A stretch of DNA of 63,822 nt, filler included, from Platydemus manokwari (lineage: Eukaryota): NCBI GenBank assembly GCA_037951405.1. It is 6 parts of 6 records of this genome, joined end to end, with 100 filler letters (N's around TTAATTAATTAA, not from the genome) between each part and the next. Parts side by side here need not be neighbours in the genome. Positions count along the whole stretch, not along the records: positions 1 to 10,030 come from JBBMOY011177211.1; positions 10,131 to 20,972 come from JBBMOY011101554.1; 4 more parts are not named here. One strand, given 5' to 3'. The position numbers and the translations under genes are program-made. Under the pieces are notes generated by a model. The model was not told the DNA's origin. It worked only from the letters and a program-made list of their open reading frames with translations, and searched no databases. This document shows, one piece after another, positions 1 to 15,030 of this stretch (positions are counted from its first letter, which is position 1; every line of letters begins with the position of its first letter).

Positions 1-979
1 ATCCTTTAAATTTGAGGAGCTTGAAAGTAAGATTTTAAATAAAATACAAGTGAAAACCAAAAAAGTTTAATATTTTTATAGACCAACACATACCGTATTA
101 GAAGTAGCTACTTCGCTTAAAATTGAAGATTCAACGGGAGGAGTCATTTATATTATTTTCTTAATTAATTTATTGATGTGGTGTATTGTCAAAATCAATA
201 ATTTTTATTTTACCATTGTTAATTAATTTATATCGATGTAGTAGCGAGTCTTAGTTATTGATTAAATAGGAATCATAAATGATTGTTCAGTGTCATTGGT
301 ATCATAGTTAGCAATTTAAATAGGTTGCATTTATTGACAGTGATAGCTAAGTTATATCACTCTTGTCACATATATTGTCTTCACAAAATAAGGTTATGCC
401 AGGTAAAGAATCATCAAAATAAGGTAGATTGCACCTGGGCCTTAATTAAATGCACATAGTACAATTAAGCCTCATAAAACAACAAAATCAATAAGGCCCA
501 AGCGTAACATATGTAAGATATTTTCTCGTCGTGAGAAAGTAAAGATCCTATCACGAAATTAATTAGATCTTCAACATTAGTCATGAAACAATAAAAAATT
601 TAAATTTGAGTTTAGTTGAAAATTCAAAATAATAAAATATGATTTAAAAGTAACTAATATAAACTAATTGGTTACAAAATCAATAAAATATTGCACGAAT
701 ATTTACAAAAATATAATACAGATATATGACTTTTGATTTGGTATTAACTTTTTTTTAATTTTTTCTCAAAGTTTTTCCTGTGAATTAGAAATTATATACC
801 ATGCGATTAATAAGTCTCGACTTGTAAAACTAAAATAAAACAACAGTAATGTTGGGCTTCTGGCGCAACAATTAATTCACAACAATTAATTTACATTGAA
901 AAAATATGTCTTGAATTACTTTAATGCACAACGTAACACAATAATAGTAAGATCAAATAACGGTAAATAATGAGCGATT

Positions 980-1110
980 TTATAGCAACTGTTCAAAATG
1001 TTCACCACCTTGCTCAAACAGAGATTGTATCGTTTCCTGAAGATTGAATAACATTTGTGGAGGACTTCTTGATTGGTGTTTATTAATTCATGTGAAATTG
1101 GTTCGTTGAA
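980..1110 (-). mobile_element. C-terminal remnant of a Tc1/mariner-superfamily transposase
   Basis: Minus strand reads ...ELINTNQEVLHKCYSIFRKRYNLC / EQGGEHFEQLL* with one frameshift; this resembles the typical '..I..E.L..V..NF..R...C....GGHFEHLL*' tail of these transposases. Confidence 0.5.
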
Positions 1111-1949
1111 CTGATGGTACACGATTGAAATAGTGTTGAAGTTCTGGGAAGCTTTGGCACTATTCCAGTACACTATTGCATTGCTAACTATAAACGCTCT
1201 ATCTGCCAGCGAAAATTTAACACCACTAGCTGCTTCTATGATATTATAATAATAATGGAACTGATTAATAAGAAATAAAAAATAAAGTACATTAATCAGT
1301 GAATAATAATTTATATCAATGAGTATAAATGTGTGCGTACAAATTATATTATGTTTTGTTTTAGCATTAGAGACAGACTTATGAATCGCATGGTATAATT
1401 GAATCGAAATTAAATATAATTAAATATAAATCATAATCATTTGTCTGAAATTAGAAATATATTTGACTGCTTCGTGTTTCTTTCTTTTCTCGTGAGTTCA
1501 GCTTTTCCCACTGGTTTGATATTTTTATTTATTGAATACCACATTTCTTTGTCGTTAATAATTTTTTAATATTGTTACAACAGTGTATCGAAAGGATAAC
1601 GAATTTTGAACTGTCAACATAATTAAACATCAATCTAATTAAGTATAAAAACTCATTATTTGAACTTTGTCGCGTGTGATTATATTTTCTATAACAATGT
1701 AGATTAAAATAATAAAGTTAAAGTTTCCAAAACAAAGAAATAAGAAACCTCTTTTAAATGAATGGTTTTTAAAGATTGCATTGTTACACTTTAGTATCGA
1801 AATTAATTCAATAGAAATTTCTTAAAAATATTTTGTTTTATTTCTTGATTGTCATTCAATTCATATATTGTGTTGTAGAAGAATATGAAATGTGTGCTTC
1901 TGTTGAAGTATTACAATTACCATAGCTAGAATTCAAAATGTAATGGGTG

Positions 1950-2400
1950 ATGACTTCTTGAAGATTTGTATTTGTTTTATCAATATTTGATTAATACCGG
2001 AAGTACTCTTGTACAATTGGATTGGAGGACGAATATTTTGAATTTGGTATTTTGAAATTACATAAATTTTGTTTAAATTTAATTTTATTAATTATATGCT
2101 AAACAATTAAAGATGATAATGATTCGAAATAACTCTCATTATTGATAAATTTATCCAAAACTAAAAAGTCAAAATGATAGATTAATCTCTTTGACCTTTT
2201 GAATTCACTGGCCTTAAAATCAGAATTTACAGTGTTTGACATACATTTTTAACGTTTGGCTGATAAATTAAGCGTCATCAAATAAATTATCGAACGAAAT
2301 GTTCTGAATAAAAAATATATAAAATCGAACTCTCTAACATTATAGTATTTTGATATTCATATACAAAGAAGAAGCAGACATCTAATCAATAATTTTTATT
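1950..2400 (-). mobile_element. Highly decayed CACTA/EnSpm-like transposase remnant
   Basis: Minus-strand pieces FKASEFKR..LIYHFDFLVLDKFINNESYFESLSSLIV resemble the 'WKATEFR.FLLY...VL...L....Y.HF..L' block of CACTA transposases; many stops and frameshifts. Confidence 0.3.
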
Positions 2401-5400
2401 TTTTTTAAAGATATTCACTGATTCTTGTAAATAAAACCGCTGTTCTGTTTATAAATCTATCTGTTACCAAAACCTCTCTTAAACACTTAGAAAATTGACC
2501 AGAATATTTAAAAATTTCCTTGAAATACTTAGGATTTGTTCTTAGTACCTACTTTAAGAGTGATCAACTATTGTTGAAAGGGTTTTAAATTTTGCTCTTT
2601 AAATTGCTTAAATTTTGAAATCTCTCATTCAAAACAAATTACCAACTTCAATGAATAGTTGTCACCTGTATTATTTATTTTAAAAACCTGCTATTTTGAT
2701 GTGTTTCAAGTTATTTACAATTCATGTTCTTCAAATATTTTCATTTAGCTAAATATTAACTTCAAGTTCAATTATAAACGGAGTCTAAAGACTACACTAA
2801 TGACAGCGAGCATAAAGCCTCTTCTAATTTTATTGAAGCATTAGAATTAAATCTTTTAATTTTATTTAACAAATATTTTTATCCACTTATTATTTCATTG
2901 ATAAAAACTGGCCAATTCCAATCAGGTCTTTCACATAACATCTCTTCGCAAGCACAAAGTTTGTCTAATCTTACATGATGCTTTGGCAATAGTTTTCTTT
3001 CATTGTTGGACCAAATGTACTTATCAGGGGAAACCCACTCTTTGTCTTTCAATTTCACCCAAAAGTCATGAAATTCTCAAAGATCATCGTCTCCTTCCTG
3101 AAATTTGGGAATTTATCATTAGAACTAGGAATAATCTTCTGAAATTAAATTTTCATACATATCGTGCTCAAAAGCTTTTGTCGAAGATGTAATGCCTCTC
3201 ATGATTCTGCTGCACATGTTCTTATGACTTGTTAGAAAATTCTCAGACGAATCGTTCCAAAAACAGAGATAAATATAAGCAACTCGTTGTCGATATTTGC
3301 CGGCGAAATCGACACGACTCTTACCTTGACGTCATAAGTCTTGGTATTATTGGTTCCTGAGATCCTCAAAACGATGAGGCTCTCAATATTTTAGGCTTCG
3401 ATGAAAACTGTAAATGAACTTTCAAATTTATTAATAACACCAGTGATCTGGTCTGCCACAATACCTATTTAAGTCACGTACGCAGTGATAACACAACAAG
3501 GCAAATAACAACTGAATCTTTACCTCTTCAACCTAAACCATCAACAACACAACTATTTAACCCACAATAATCACATCATTTTGAGACTCATCTTGTCATC
3601 CATCATCATCACTATCATCTCTAATCAACATCAATCTCACAGTCATATCACTCATCACCGCATGATCCAATTAATTCGTCACATAATTAACTCCAAATGA
3701 CCGATTTTTGCTTTCTCTTACCGGACCCTCTCGCCTTGTCTTCGGACTTGGCAAACCTTACCTAATCATGACTCAATATTTACCTGCGCGGTATTGATTA
3801 TAACTATACTTAACCATATGGTTCTGTGAATATTTCAGCTTTTCCCTCGAACGGATCAGATTACGATTTTTCATCAATGAAAGTGAGCATATCTTCGTGT
3901 TGAGTCCAATGATAGGTCATAAATATCGTCGATTCCTGAGTGACCGGTGCTCGGAAGTGTGAAAAGTATCCTTCATGACCCGAAAGACGAACTACCACTA
4001 TAAATATATTATTTAACTATAGTTAATTAAGGTTGTGATTGTGTATATAATTATATAAAATTGATTATAAACTAGGCTAAAAATAAATTCTTGTGCAAAT
4101 TTTAAATTGTTTATATTCTACTTTCATTTGTAGATAATAAATAAATTTAAATTAAAGAATTTATAAAATAATAATGCAAATTTGTATAAAACATTTTAGT
4201 GGTACCTAATATATCGAAGCTTTTGGATTTTTGTCCTACATGCTTTATCCAATAATGGGCTTAGTTTGACAATAAACTGATGTAAAATCAAATTAACATT
4301 CTCGATAAATCAATCTATAAGCAAATAAATCAAAATACAAAAAATTGAATCAAATAACAGTACAAACATTCAATGCTTAAAAAAATCGAAATATTAAATG
4401 AATTGATTTAGCAATCGAATAAGGACTCCTTAAATTATAGAAATGCGCACAAATATTTTAACTCAAACTTTTTATGAACAAGAATGGCAAATTCGACTTG
4501 ACGAATTTCTCTATAAATATGCGCCATTAAGACACATACAATTCTATTTTATGACAGTTTGCATTTCTTTTCCATGCTCTACCCAACCCTTAATATGGTA
4601 ATATGGTAAAGCTGCTATAGTTATATTCATTAGGCAACATAACATTATAATTTCAAACATTTCGATAGCACTGTGTCTTTTGTGATGTAGTATTTCTAGT
4701 GGTACTATTATATAAAATTTCATTACTCTCTACTGCGTTGACGTAACTAGCCGTTGAGTGCAGGTCTCGTCTGAAATTGTATTTGTACTTCAACCTTATT
4801 TTGCTTGTTTTATCTTTATTTGTAATTCTGTTATCGGTTTCTGGTCTCTTGCACTGATTACCTGTTTCTTCTTGCAAATTTATGAGCTGTAAGTTTGTGG
4901 GATTTCCTCATGCGATTCGGAAAAGTTATTTATAAGATCTGTTTAATTTACATGTCATACTTTTCCCGTTAATAAACAGAAAATTTGAACTTTTCTGTAG
5001 AAGACATGTTCTTTATCATTTTTGTCCAATTAACTTTTGTATTCTTTCTGATGTAATTTTGCCCTAGCTTTTAATTTTTCTGATATTTTCATAACTTGCC
5101 GTCATCTCTTTTTCTGACTAATAGTCCTTATTTGATGATTTTATAATTCATCAAGGTACTCTTATCCAATTTTATAACGCTACCTTGCTCATTGGCTAAT
5201 TGTGCTTTTGGCGACTCCTGCTTTAGCACATTTACAATTCATTTAATTTCGGGGTCTAGGTTTTGGTCTTCTTTGAGATTAACCTTTTCTGGTGTAGCTG
5301 AGCACATTTCTTCTATCATTTCAAATGACATTGTGAGGATTAATTTAAATTAACTACCAATAATTTTAAATAAAATGTTTTTATTACGATTTAAAATAAT

Positions 5401-7085
5401 TTAATAAATTTTAGAATTTAATATTTTAAAATTAAATATTTTAAAATTTAATGTTTTGAACTTAATATTTAATTGTTTAAAAGAAAGAAATTTATATCTA
5501 TACCTGATTAAGATTTTTAAAAAAACTCTCTGAAAATTGGTTTGAAAAATGATTGATTTGTTATCAAATAAATATTAAGAAAATCGTAATAATAACTATT
5601 AACAAACATTAAATAAATCAAATAATCTCAAATGGAATAATCTATCTTAATAAGATATTAACAAAAGTGCGACGTACCGTTTTGGTAATACACATTCATA
5701 ATGAGATCATGTATTGCTACATAAAATATGCATTAGGCTTTACTTTACCCACAAACACAATTATGGATTCATTATTTTATCGCATCTACAAAGGTATTCT
5801 CAAATCCTTACGCATTCAAATAAATTTTTATAAGCCTTTGGAGGAGAATCGATGTTGACGTCAGTATCCCTCATCCCCTAAAACAAATGAAAATGAAAAT
5901 CTATCGTTAATAGTGTCATTAAAGTGACTGGACCAATGCCTATTACAACTCGAATTCACAAGAAAGCATAGCCAATAATGATTCATTGACAATGCAGAGG
6001 CCGACATAAGAACACATTTTGCAAGGCATCGCAGAGTCTAGAAAATCAGGAAAATTGAGACTTCAAATCAAACAGAATCGTTAAATGACAGTGCTATGAG
6101 CTATATGTAATAATTTAGAAATTAACACGAACCTACCATGATAAATAAGAAAAGAGTTTCGAAAGAAACTTGTAAAGCTCTTATGGGTTTATCAGTTATT
6201 GTGAGAGAATCATAAAAGTCATAACAGAATGAAGGCTCTCGGAAAATATCAAACAGACTGTGAGCATTTTTAATTGATTTAATTTTTTAAAGATTTAATT
6301 CAGGTTTTATATAAAATTATAATAATTTGTTTATATATAATTTGAATATATAATTTGGTGTCGAGAATTGTCAGTTCGTTTTCAATGAGTATTTAATAAA
6401 ATACTACGGGCTGACAACGACAAAGACTTTAAAGTGACCATCATAAAAATGAAATAATAACCATTAAAAGAAATTATAGGTAGGTAGTTCACAGGAATGT
6501 AACCGATTCAGAATAATTTCAATCTCAAATCAAAGCAAAAAACCAAACCAAATCCAAACTTTAGCTTAATTTAAACCTCTGCTCATGATAATTATTAATT
6601 ATGATCTTCATATTTATTTTATTTCCTGATAATATATCTGACAAAAATTATTATTTTCAAATCTTGATTGTGTGTAAATTCCATTCTAAATTTTCGAGCA
6701 TAATTTATCAATTAATTTTTAATAACAATATGTTTATAAAACGTTCTATTTAATAAATTACTAAAACAGTGGATTGACTTCTTAAGGCAGTATATATACC
6801 AGAATCTCGTAACGCAAATGTAGAATATACCATATATTATTTTTATATAAAATTATAATGTAATACAAAATGATATCATAATATTATATTTGAGGATTTT
6901 AAAATGAATAAACTATTTCAAAGATTTATCCCAACAATTAAAAATTATTAAAAATTGTTCAAATAATTAGGTTAAGCACAGTTTTATGTGACCTGGGTTA
7001 TCAATTGCTTTTCAATACGTGATTTATAAAATAGTAGCGATTTACATAATACATAGAAATAATAAATTCAAATTTAAATAACCGC

Positions 7086-7148
<63 letters not shown>
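7086..7148. repeat. (TAA)n microsatellite
   Basis: Perfect run of about 21 trinucleotide units. Confidence 0.95.
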
Positions 7149-7149
<1 letters not shown>

Positions 7150-7218
7150 GCTAATAAAACTTTCACTGCAGATAAATAAATAATGAAAAAATGTGTATAA
7201 ACTATGACATAAAAATAT

Positions 7219-7430
7219 TGTGATGTTCGGGCTTTATTTGATTGTAATTATTACTTTTCATCTTTCTGTTTCATGTCACTATTGTCTTAATAATTCTAAG
7301 TGAGTTTTTCATTAAGGCTGCAGGTGTTATGATTATTATTATGTTCACCTTTATTGAATGAAAACAATAAGTGTGGCATTAGTGATAAATCTTAACCACC
7401 CTATTTTAATTCCTTATTCTGCTGATTCCA
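7219..7430. repeat. Partial copy of the LTR-like dispersed repeat
   Basis: Starts TGTGATGTTCGGGC (compare TGTTATGTTCGAGC at 39466) and shares ACAATAAGTGTGGCA-TAG-GATA with the copy at about 39630. Confidence 0.45.
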
Positions 7431-9980
7431 ATGATAATGAACACGGATCTATTATCACTATTTAATTTAATCAATAACCAAAACTTATTACCACAAATGT
7501 TCATTACTAAATAACTATGATACAAATTGACTACTAAATACAATAATAAACTGAAATTTAAATGATGATTTTAATGCTACAAATACACTAAACCATCCTC
7601 GTAATTCACTGTTACAAGAACAACACACATAAATCCATGTACAGTACACACCGTGTATTGCATTCAGTACAACATTACATGCAGAACAGTACCACACATC
7701 TACCCAAATCCAGTATATACCCATGCATTGTATATACTCTTGGCTATGGATGAAAGCAAATTCAAAGAAGATCGCGAAAGAAAGTCAATTCAGAATGAAT
7801 ATGATGCTAGAACTGTTTTGAATTGTTTTGCATAACATAAGACAATAAACAATTTACTGTCTTGCACGTTATCGAAGCTCCTTAAGGTTAAGGCATAATC
7901 GACGAATATAACCAGTGACATAATAATAACAAACCCAAATAATCAAAACACCCCAAAACACAATTTTATTTATTATAAATATCATTTTAATAGATTGACT
8001 TCACTAATACTTTCCATGAATTATAAAATTACAAAAAAATAAATATTTAGTCGAATTCAAGATAAAAAGGAAAATAATAAGTGAAAATAAAAATTTCTAC
8101 AAATTTCATACATCGACTCAATTGGCTCACTTTATTTTTATAAGTATCGTTAAAGTAAATTGAATATCGGTAGAAGAATATTACTTTACGGAATAATTAA
8201 AACAATATCACTGATGATTCGAGCAATCCTTCCAACAGCCACAATAATTCCTAAATGTGTGAGAGGGAAGCTGATAAATTCTTTCATTGTGTTGGCGGAA
8301 TATTGCGGGTAACGAATAATGAAACACAGAATGGTCACCTAAAAATAATAACAAACCAACATCTATTTCAATCGATTCGCCCACAAAAATAAATGGGAAA
8401 CAGATGTAAATTGACCTCGTTGAATACTACGATTAGAAATGGAAAGGTAGACATTGACGATTGAAACTCATAGTTACTCTCAAGATCCAGAATCAACGTA
8501 ACTAGAAGAATGACTTGGATGTTATCAAACATTGTTATTTACAAACAATGACATATTCAGTCTATGAAATTTGACAACCTCATCATATTTTTGTAAGCAC
8601 TACTTAACCTTTGTTTTATTATTCATAATCTTTGATATTTTTATATGTTGTCATATCTAATTCCTCAATCCTTTTGAGTATAATCTCTAATTTTGAATCT
8701 TTAATATTTGTAAATCAATGAATAAACTTAGATGCTCAGTGAATTAATTGAATGTATCGCCAGCACATCGTGTCTTTTTTGATAACCAATACAATATATT
8801 TTTAATATTTTATTATTAATACAATAACGGAGTGGTCAATGCAATTAAATAAAATATAAAAATACTTTTTACGAATAATAGTTATGTATAAGAAAAGCTA
8901 TATATACATATATATAATACTTATATATAATAAAATAACGAGATAAATTGAAACTATATTGCTGAAATTAAATTCTAATAGTAAACATGAACCAACAAAA
9001 ATAAATTATAATCTACCATAAAAGATAACTCACATTCAAACAAATAAAATGAAAATATTATCAATTATTTTTGTATACAAATAGGAAGAACGAATAAAAA
9101 TAAATATATGATAAAAGGGTAAGTAAAAATCAATATTAATACCCAACGCAAAATTAATATATCTTACATAAACTTGATTTCTTTAACAGCAAAACACTGC
9201 CACAACTACTTTAGAATTCTCTTGAATTTGGAAACTAATTTATGAAAAGTGTAATGTTTAACATCGATAACAAAGCAACTGTAACGATCTATTAACTATA
9301 CTAACACAAAAACGACTATAATCGAAGCAACTTTCGATAAATAGAAAAACGAAATCATCAATTACAGACTAATTGAATCACCGTAGCCGTACTTTAATAT
9401 TATATTGTAAAATATAAAGCAAAGAATGAGCTACTGATTTCATTGAGCCCTCATCTACTTGAAGGTAGAAATTCCTTTGAATTTTAGAATAATCGCAGTT
9501 TGAGTTAAATAGATTGATTTTGAAATGTTAATCAAAGTGGAAATCGATAATAAATAATTATTTAAAACTTTGTGTTTTTGATAATTGGTTTATTTACCTT
9601 CTTCACTAATTACATATAAGAGGTGTCAATAATATTTGGTGAAGAATGATTAAATATAGAAATATATCATTTAATTAGCAGAAGCCAATATCACTGCGGT
9701 CCCCACCTATACTTATTCATTGAAATCATTTGAATTTTTAGAAAAAACACCAGGGTTTATCCGCGGTTGTGCGAATATCAGCACCTATTTAAAAATTATC
9801 ATGTTTAGTTCTTTGCATAATCATTAGAACAATTAATTTCAAAGTCAAATATCTTCACCTACTCAACCAACCATCATAGAATTGGCTCTGATATGAGGAA
9901 GTTGATTGATGAGGCGATTTGATCTTTTGATCTTAACTTGCAAAGATATCGGCATGATATTGATCTCAATTAAGTATTAC

Positions 9981-10027
<47 letters not shown>
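9981..10027. repeat. (TAT)n microsatellite at contig end
   Basis: Perfect trinucleotide run ending 3 nt before the assembly spacer. Confidence 0.95.
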
Positions 10028-10030
10028 GGT

Positions 10031-10130
10031 NNNNNNNNNNNNNNNNNNNNNNNNNNNNNNNNNNNNNNNNNNNNTTAATTAATTAANNNNNNNNNNNNNN
10101 NNNNNNNNNNNNNNNNNNNNNNNNNNNNNN
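10031..10130. other. Artificial assembly spacer (N44-TTAATTAATTAA-N44)
   Basis: Identical 100-nt linker with stops in all six frames; recurs five times in the window. Confidence 0.98.
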
Positions 10131-13100
10131 TATTTTCTTATGAGTTATGCTTCTTCAAATATGTGCATGAAAATCGGACATTTCATATGGGACAACCTAA
10201 TATATAAAACAATCAATAAAGTGCATCAGAACTTAAGCACTCAAACTGCTAACATGATTAAAGACTTATCTCCATTTTCAAATATGGTTCTTCCAAGAAT
10301 TCTAATAAATTTCCATTGAAATATATGTAACCACCGTTATCTGCACTTCGTAATTTTATAACAAATTATTATATTTAAAATTTCGGTATTTTTTTATGCA
10401 AAATCATTGATGAAAACCAATTTCAAATCTGTTTTGGAATGGCCTCAAATAACTCAATTGGAATTAGATGCGCTAGCTTCATAGCAATAATGAATTTTTT
10501 GTTAATTTGTTTTCAGTGATTGCAACTTAATTTGGCTAATTTGTTTTTAATAGCTATATTAACGAAATTCGGTTTACAGATTTCTTCGATTCTATCAATG
10601 TTGCTTATAAATGTTCGATTCTCTGGTCAGTCTCTTTTGGTTTTATGTATTCTTACTCTTTTTGATGCTATTTGAATTCTTTTGTGCAATATCAAAGTCT
10701 AATCAATCTCGCGGAGTTCTTATAATCCCAGGTATCAACTAAACCTATTATTTTCTGATCTTTCTTCGTCTTGATCGTGTCAATCCTCGTATGAAGACGG
10801 GATGAGCGGCTCAATGATATTGCTTTCTTATTAATCGGTCTCAATTTATTATTTATTCCTTTCGCCTCTTTACACCCTTTTAAAAATGTGGTGAAATGAA
10901 ATGATTGTCTAGAAACAACAATGTGACAATTAGGGCACTCACCGAATTCAAAACCAACTCATTTGTTACTTTTATTAATATAAAAACAGACGATATAAAT
11001 TACTAATTTTATACAAGCAATTATGGTTTGTTATGATCGATACTTAAACGGAAAAAAATACTTTACAATTCGTGTGTCGTCTCTAATGATTTTCTTAAGC
11101 TATTTATATGGTTTTTATTGGGGTTGAATTTCCATCGAAATACGGCGTCTTTTTAATTTATTTCGATGGATTTTTATTCTAAATGCGGGTTGTTATTTTC
11201 ATTATTTTCCAAAAAGGATTTAATATCTTAATGGTGCTCAATTTAGTTGCCAGCCAATTCAATATGAGTAATTCATTATTCTGATATTTTATAGGGCTAA
11301 ATTGAAAATTTGGGTATTTAAAATAGGGATATTTTATTATTATATATTTGTTACTGGATTTTTTAAATGCGGGTTTTATATTCGGGTTTTTATATCTTGA
11401 TAATGGGATTATTATAACTTTTTCAAATTTATTTCGATATTATTTTACTTATTATATTAATCATAGAAAATTTGTGCAGAGGAAAAACAAAATAAAGATA
11501 AAATTGAAAATAAAAATTGTTACAAGTATACCCCGATAAATAATTAAAATATTTACACAATACCAACGATAAAAAGGTTCGTGCACAAATATGGAGTCAT
11601 ATCTAAGAATAAATGATTGTTATTTTTTCAAAACCCCAACGTAAAAAACTATAATAAGTCAAGTATAGGTAATATTATTGAATATACCAATTGAGTATCC
11701 ATAGTAACACATACAGTAGTAATAATAATAACATAATCATAAATATGGATAAATAACAATAACCATAGTAATAATAAAATAAAAGAACACAGATATGTAA
11801 TGTTAAATAAAAAAATATTAAAATTTAAAGACGTGTAACAGAGGCGAATTATTGTAAAAATGATTAGCAAGAATGATTAATAGATTTTGGCATGCAAATT
11901 GTAAGAATATCCTTGGTGATTTGAATTAAATTCAAGACTGCCATGGTAACGTTGTAAATCGCTAGGAAAACATAAATATGGCTAATATCATGCATAAAAG
12001 AAGATACCAGTCATAATTCATAGCAAAAAATTTTTTCCGTCTAATATCTCCAGTAAACGCACATCCACTGTCACTCAAGTGAACTCATATTCACGCATAT
12101 CGGATTTACCATATTTTATTGTTCGAGCTCTTCGAATTCTTAATCCAATATGAGAATGGTAATTGCTAATTCATGCATTATTTATTTGATTTCACCAATC
12201 TCCGACAGGAGATTAGTTGAAATTATATAACTCATACCACTCCATAAAGTCGAAATCGAATTTGTTGTAGCGTAAAATCACCTTTCCTTTAGTTTATATT
12301 CGGAATAGGGACCCACGTAGGCCCTCCCCCGATTAATTTAAAAACTCTTCGGGTCATAACATGGTATCTTTTAAACTCAGATTTGTATATTATTGATCTA
12401 TTATAAATACGAGTATTGTATCGTTCATATTTCTTGTTTAATAGTAGGACGCACCTAATTTTCTGTTAACAGTGAGACACCTTGATGGAAACATCAGTTA
12501 TCAGCTTTTAACTAATATTCAATAATTAACGGTTTAAATCAATAAGAATAACTTGTTTATTTAAATCTAAATTCATCATCTCATTGATTTCAATCAATAT
12601 ATGTCACTCTGTTATTGGAAATTAAAGTAAAATTATTTATAATTTATGTATTATCATGAAAATATTTTATCAAATAATAAGGTTATCACACATATTTATT
12701 GATCAAACACCAAATATCAATAAGAATAACATTATTCCTTTAGCTTTTGTTGGTAATCAGAAATTTTGTTACAAATTTATAGCCAAGAGTTTAAGTGTGC
12801 TAAAATTCTATTTGATGATTTTATTTCCAAGATAACTATTGGGGTTATCTAAAATTGATTAATCTTCGTATGTGTTGTCGTGTAGGAAAGTATTTTGTCA
12901 GATTGAAATGTACTTTCTACACTGATTATGAGTGGTTGGTGTTCATCCCTGTATTACTGTGTAGGTATGTATTTATGTTAACTCAATTGGCGGATATTAA
13001 AGTGAAAATGGTCGTTATTTAGTGCGAGATTCATCAACACGCAACAATATTTAAAAATGTTATTTATCTCATAATGCTTGCAAGCATAATTTCAATGTAT

Positions 13101-14479
13101 TGTATTTAAAGAATTTTATACATGATCTATTTCATTTAGAATATTTAAACAAGATTCGCAGTAATTTAATAATTTGGGCGTTCACTGTTGCCGGATTTAT
13201 TTCATTTTTTAATGTTAAATTTTGATTACCAAAAATTAAAAGAATTTAATTCTAAATGAATTTAATTATTTTATTGATTTTATAATTTTGAAATTTATTT
13301 AATTTATTAAATCATTCTTTCATTGATTTTCTTTTCATTAATAAGAAAATATTCATGTTGGACATTTATGTAAAAATATTATACCGAATGTTAGATTTGC
13401 TGGTACCATGGCAATCACTATGTCGAGCACATTAATTTGATGATATTTTTTTCGTTAAAAATGGGCTGATTCACATAATAATTTCCATTTTTATTTTTTA
13501 TAATCTACCACAGTAAATGAGGACGGATTAATTTTTATTTACTTTGCGGAGCTCTGTCAGATTTTCCATTCAAATCTATTTAATGTTTTGATTTGTGGAG
13601 ATTTTTCATTATCGATAATCATTAGCGTTCTGAAAATTTCGTTTTAAATTTCTATCACGGAGGCTCCAGATTTCTCGATTGATAATAATTATTTATATGA
13701 TCGTCTACGATTTGTTATTCAGATCCGATTTTATCAAAAGATTCAAATGCTCATATGAGTTACTCATCATTTTCCCAAACATACATTAGAGGGACTTTAA
13801 AATAGGTCAAATTGTTTATGAAAATTTGAATGTTTCATTCATACGATTATCTAGAGGGATAGTTATCTGCAACTGTTTCGCGTCAATCGCATTATTGTTT
13901 TTACTAAGCAAGTTCTACTAAATGTTTGTCATTGTAGGCTTTGAATATTAACAATAACATTTCAAGCAAAGTAAAAGTTGTTTTCATAACGATAACTTCG
14001 TGATGAAAAAGTTTTAACTGACTTTCGATAAACTTTGAGATATATTCGAGATATAGAATTTCTTCATTATAAATATTATAATAGTTCTAAGAAATTTGCT
14101 CTAACCGAAACAGAAATATAAAGCCTATATAAAAGTTCGTTAAGCTAATGTACACTATAAATACAGTCGGATCAGGTTATCTCAAATATAAACATATGTA
14201 GTAGTGATTTCTAAAGTCCGGATTTTTACTTTTAAATATTTCATAAAAATTTTAAAACATTATTATCTCGAAGCTATTGTTGTTTGTATTGAATTTTTCT
14301 ACATAATACGTACATTCACGGTTAGTACGATTAGTTTTAATGCCATTTTTTATATAACGTTATTCACATTCGTTATTCCCTATTTTGTAATTAGAGTGTT
14401 TTAATAGATGCGCTTTCATAGCATATACATTTTGAGTTTTCTTTATTTTTAAATCTGTAATTGCTTTAGAAGTCCTACA

Positions 14480-15030
14480 GGAATCCACTTTTTATGATTA
14501 TTTCATCAATTTATGATGGCTAAAATGTGCAAGTTGCAGACTAAGACGTATGATGAATATATAAGATCATCAATTCAGTTGAAGAACACCCGAATATGGT
14601 GAAGAAAGACGTTGTTGCTTTCCATAATATGAAACTAAAAACGATTTCTTGAAAAAGAAAGGGAAGATAATTAAAATAGCTGGAAAACCATCCGATGCAC
14701 GTATTGGTTAGAAAAAAGAGATGCCAAAATTCACCTTTGGATGATGTCGACTCAGTGCTCATATTTTGGTTCAGACAATACTGCAACAAATCAGATTTAC
14801 GTATTGATACGGATTTGCAGGTCACAAAAGTAAATTTCTTTTATCGAATGTTTACCCATAGAAAACTGTGATCAAAATATTGATTAGTAGATTCGAGAAA
14901 AGATGTGGTATAGGAAAAATTCAAAAGTTTTGGTGAGATTTGAAACAATTATAACCAAATTTTCGAAAAAGTGGATATCAATTATGGACCTCCTTAAAAT
15001 AAATGATTATAACTTTCAAGGTTTTTTTTA
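14480..15030 (+). mobile_element. Tigger/pogo-family transposase remnant (CENP-B-type HTH region)
   Basis: Reads RKKRCQNSPLDDVDSVLIFWFRQ...RIDTDLQVTK, then *ISRFEKRCGI, matching the pogo/Tigger 'RKR....S...DVD..L..WF.Q' and 'GWL.RFK.R.GI' motifs; stops and frameshifts present. Confidence 0.65.

Noticed and set aside
85-520. 12-bp palindrome AAGTAGCTACTT (about 102-113) and a short inverted repeat (about 430-505) as Helentron/MITE ends
   Set aside because: Single, short and degenerate; cannot be supported without other copies.
3050-6300. Probable decayed LTR-retrotransposon gag/integrase remnants and a PBS-like GTGGTAG near 3990
   Set aside because: Only scattered motif-like fragments; too degraded to assign a family or boundaries by eye.
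10075-10086. TTAATTAATTAA palindrome repeated five times as a biological repeat or CRISPR-like array
   Set aside because: Always centred in exactly 44+44 Ns; it is an assembly linker with six-frame stops.
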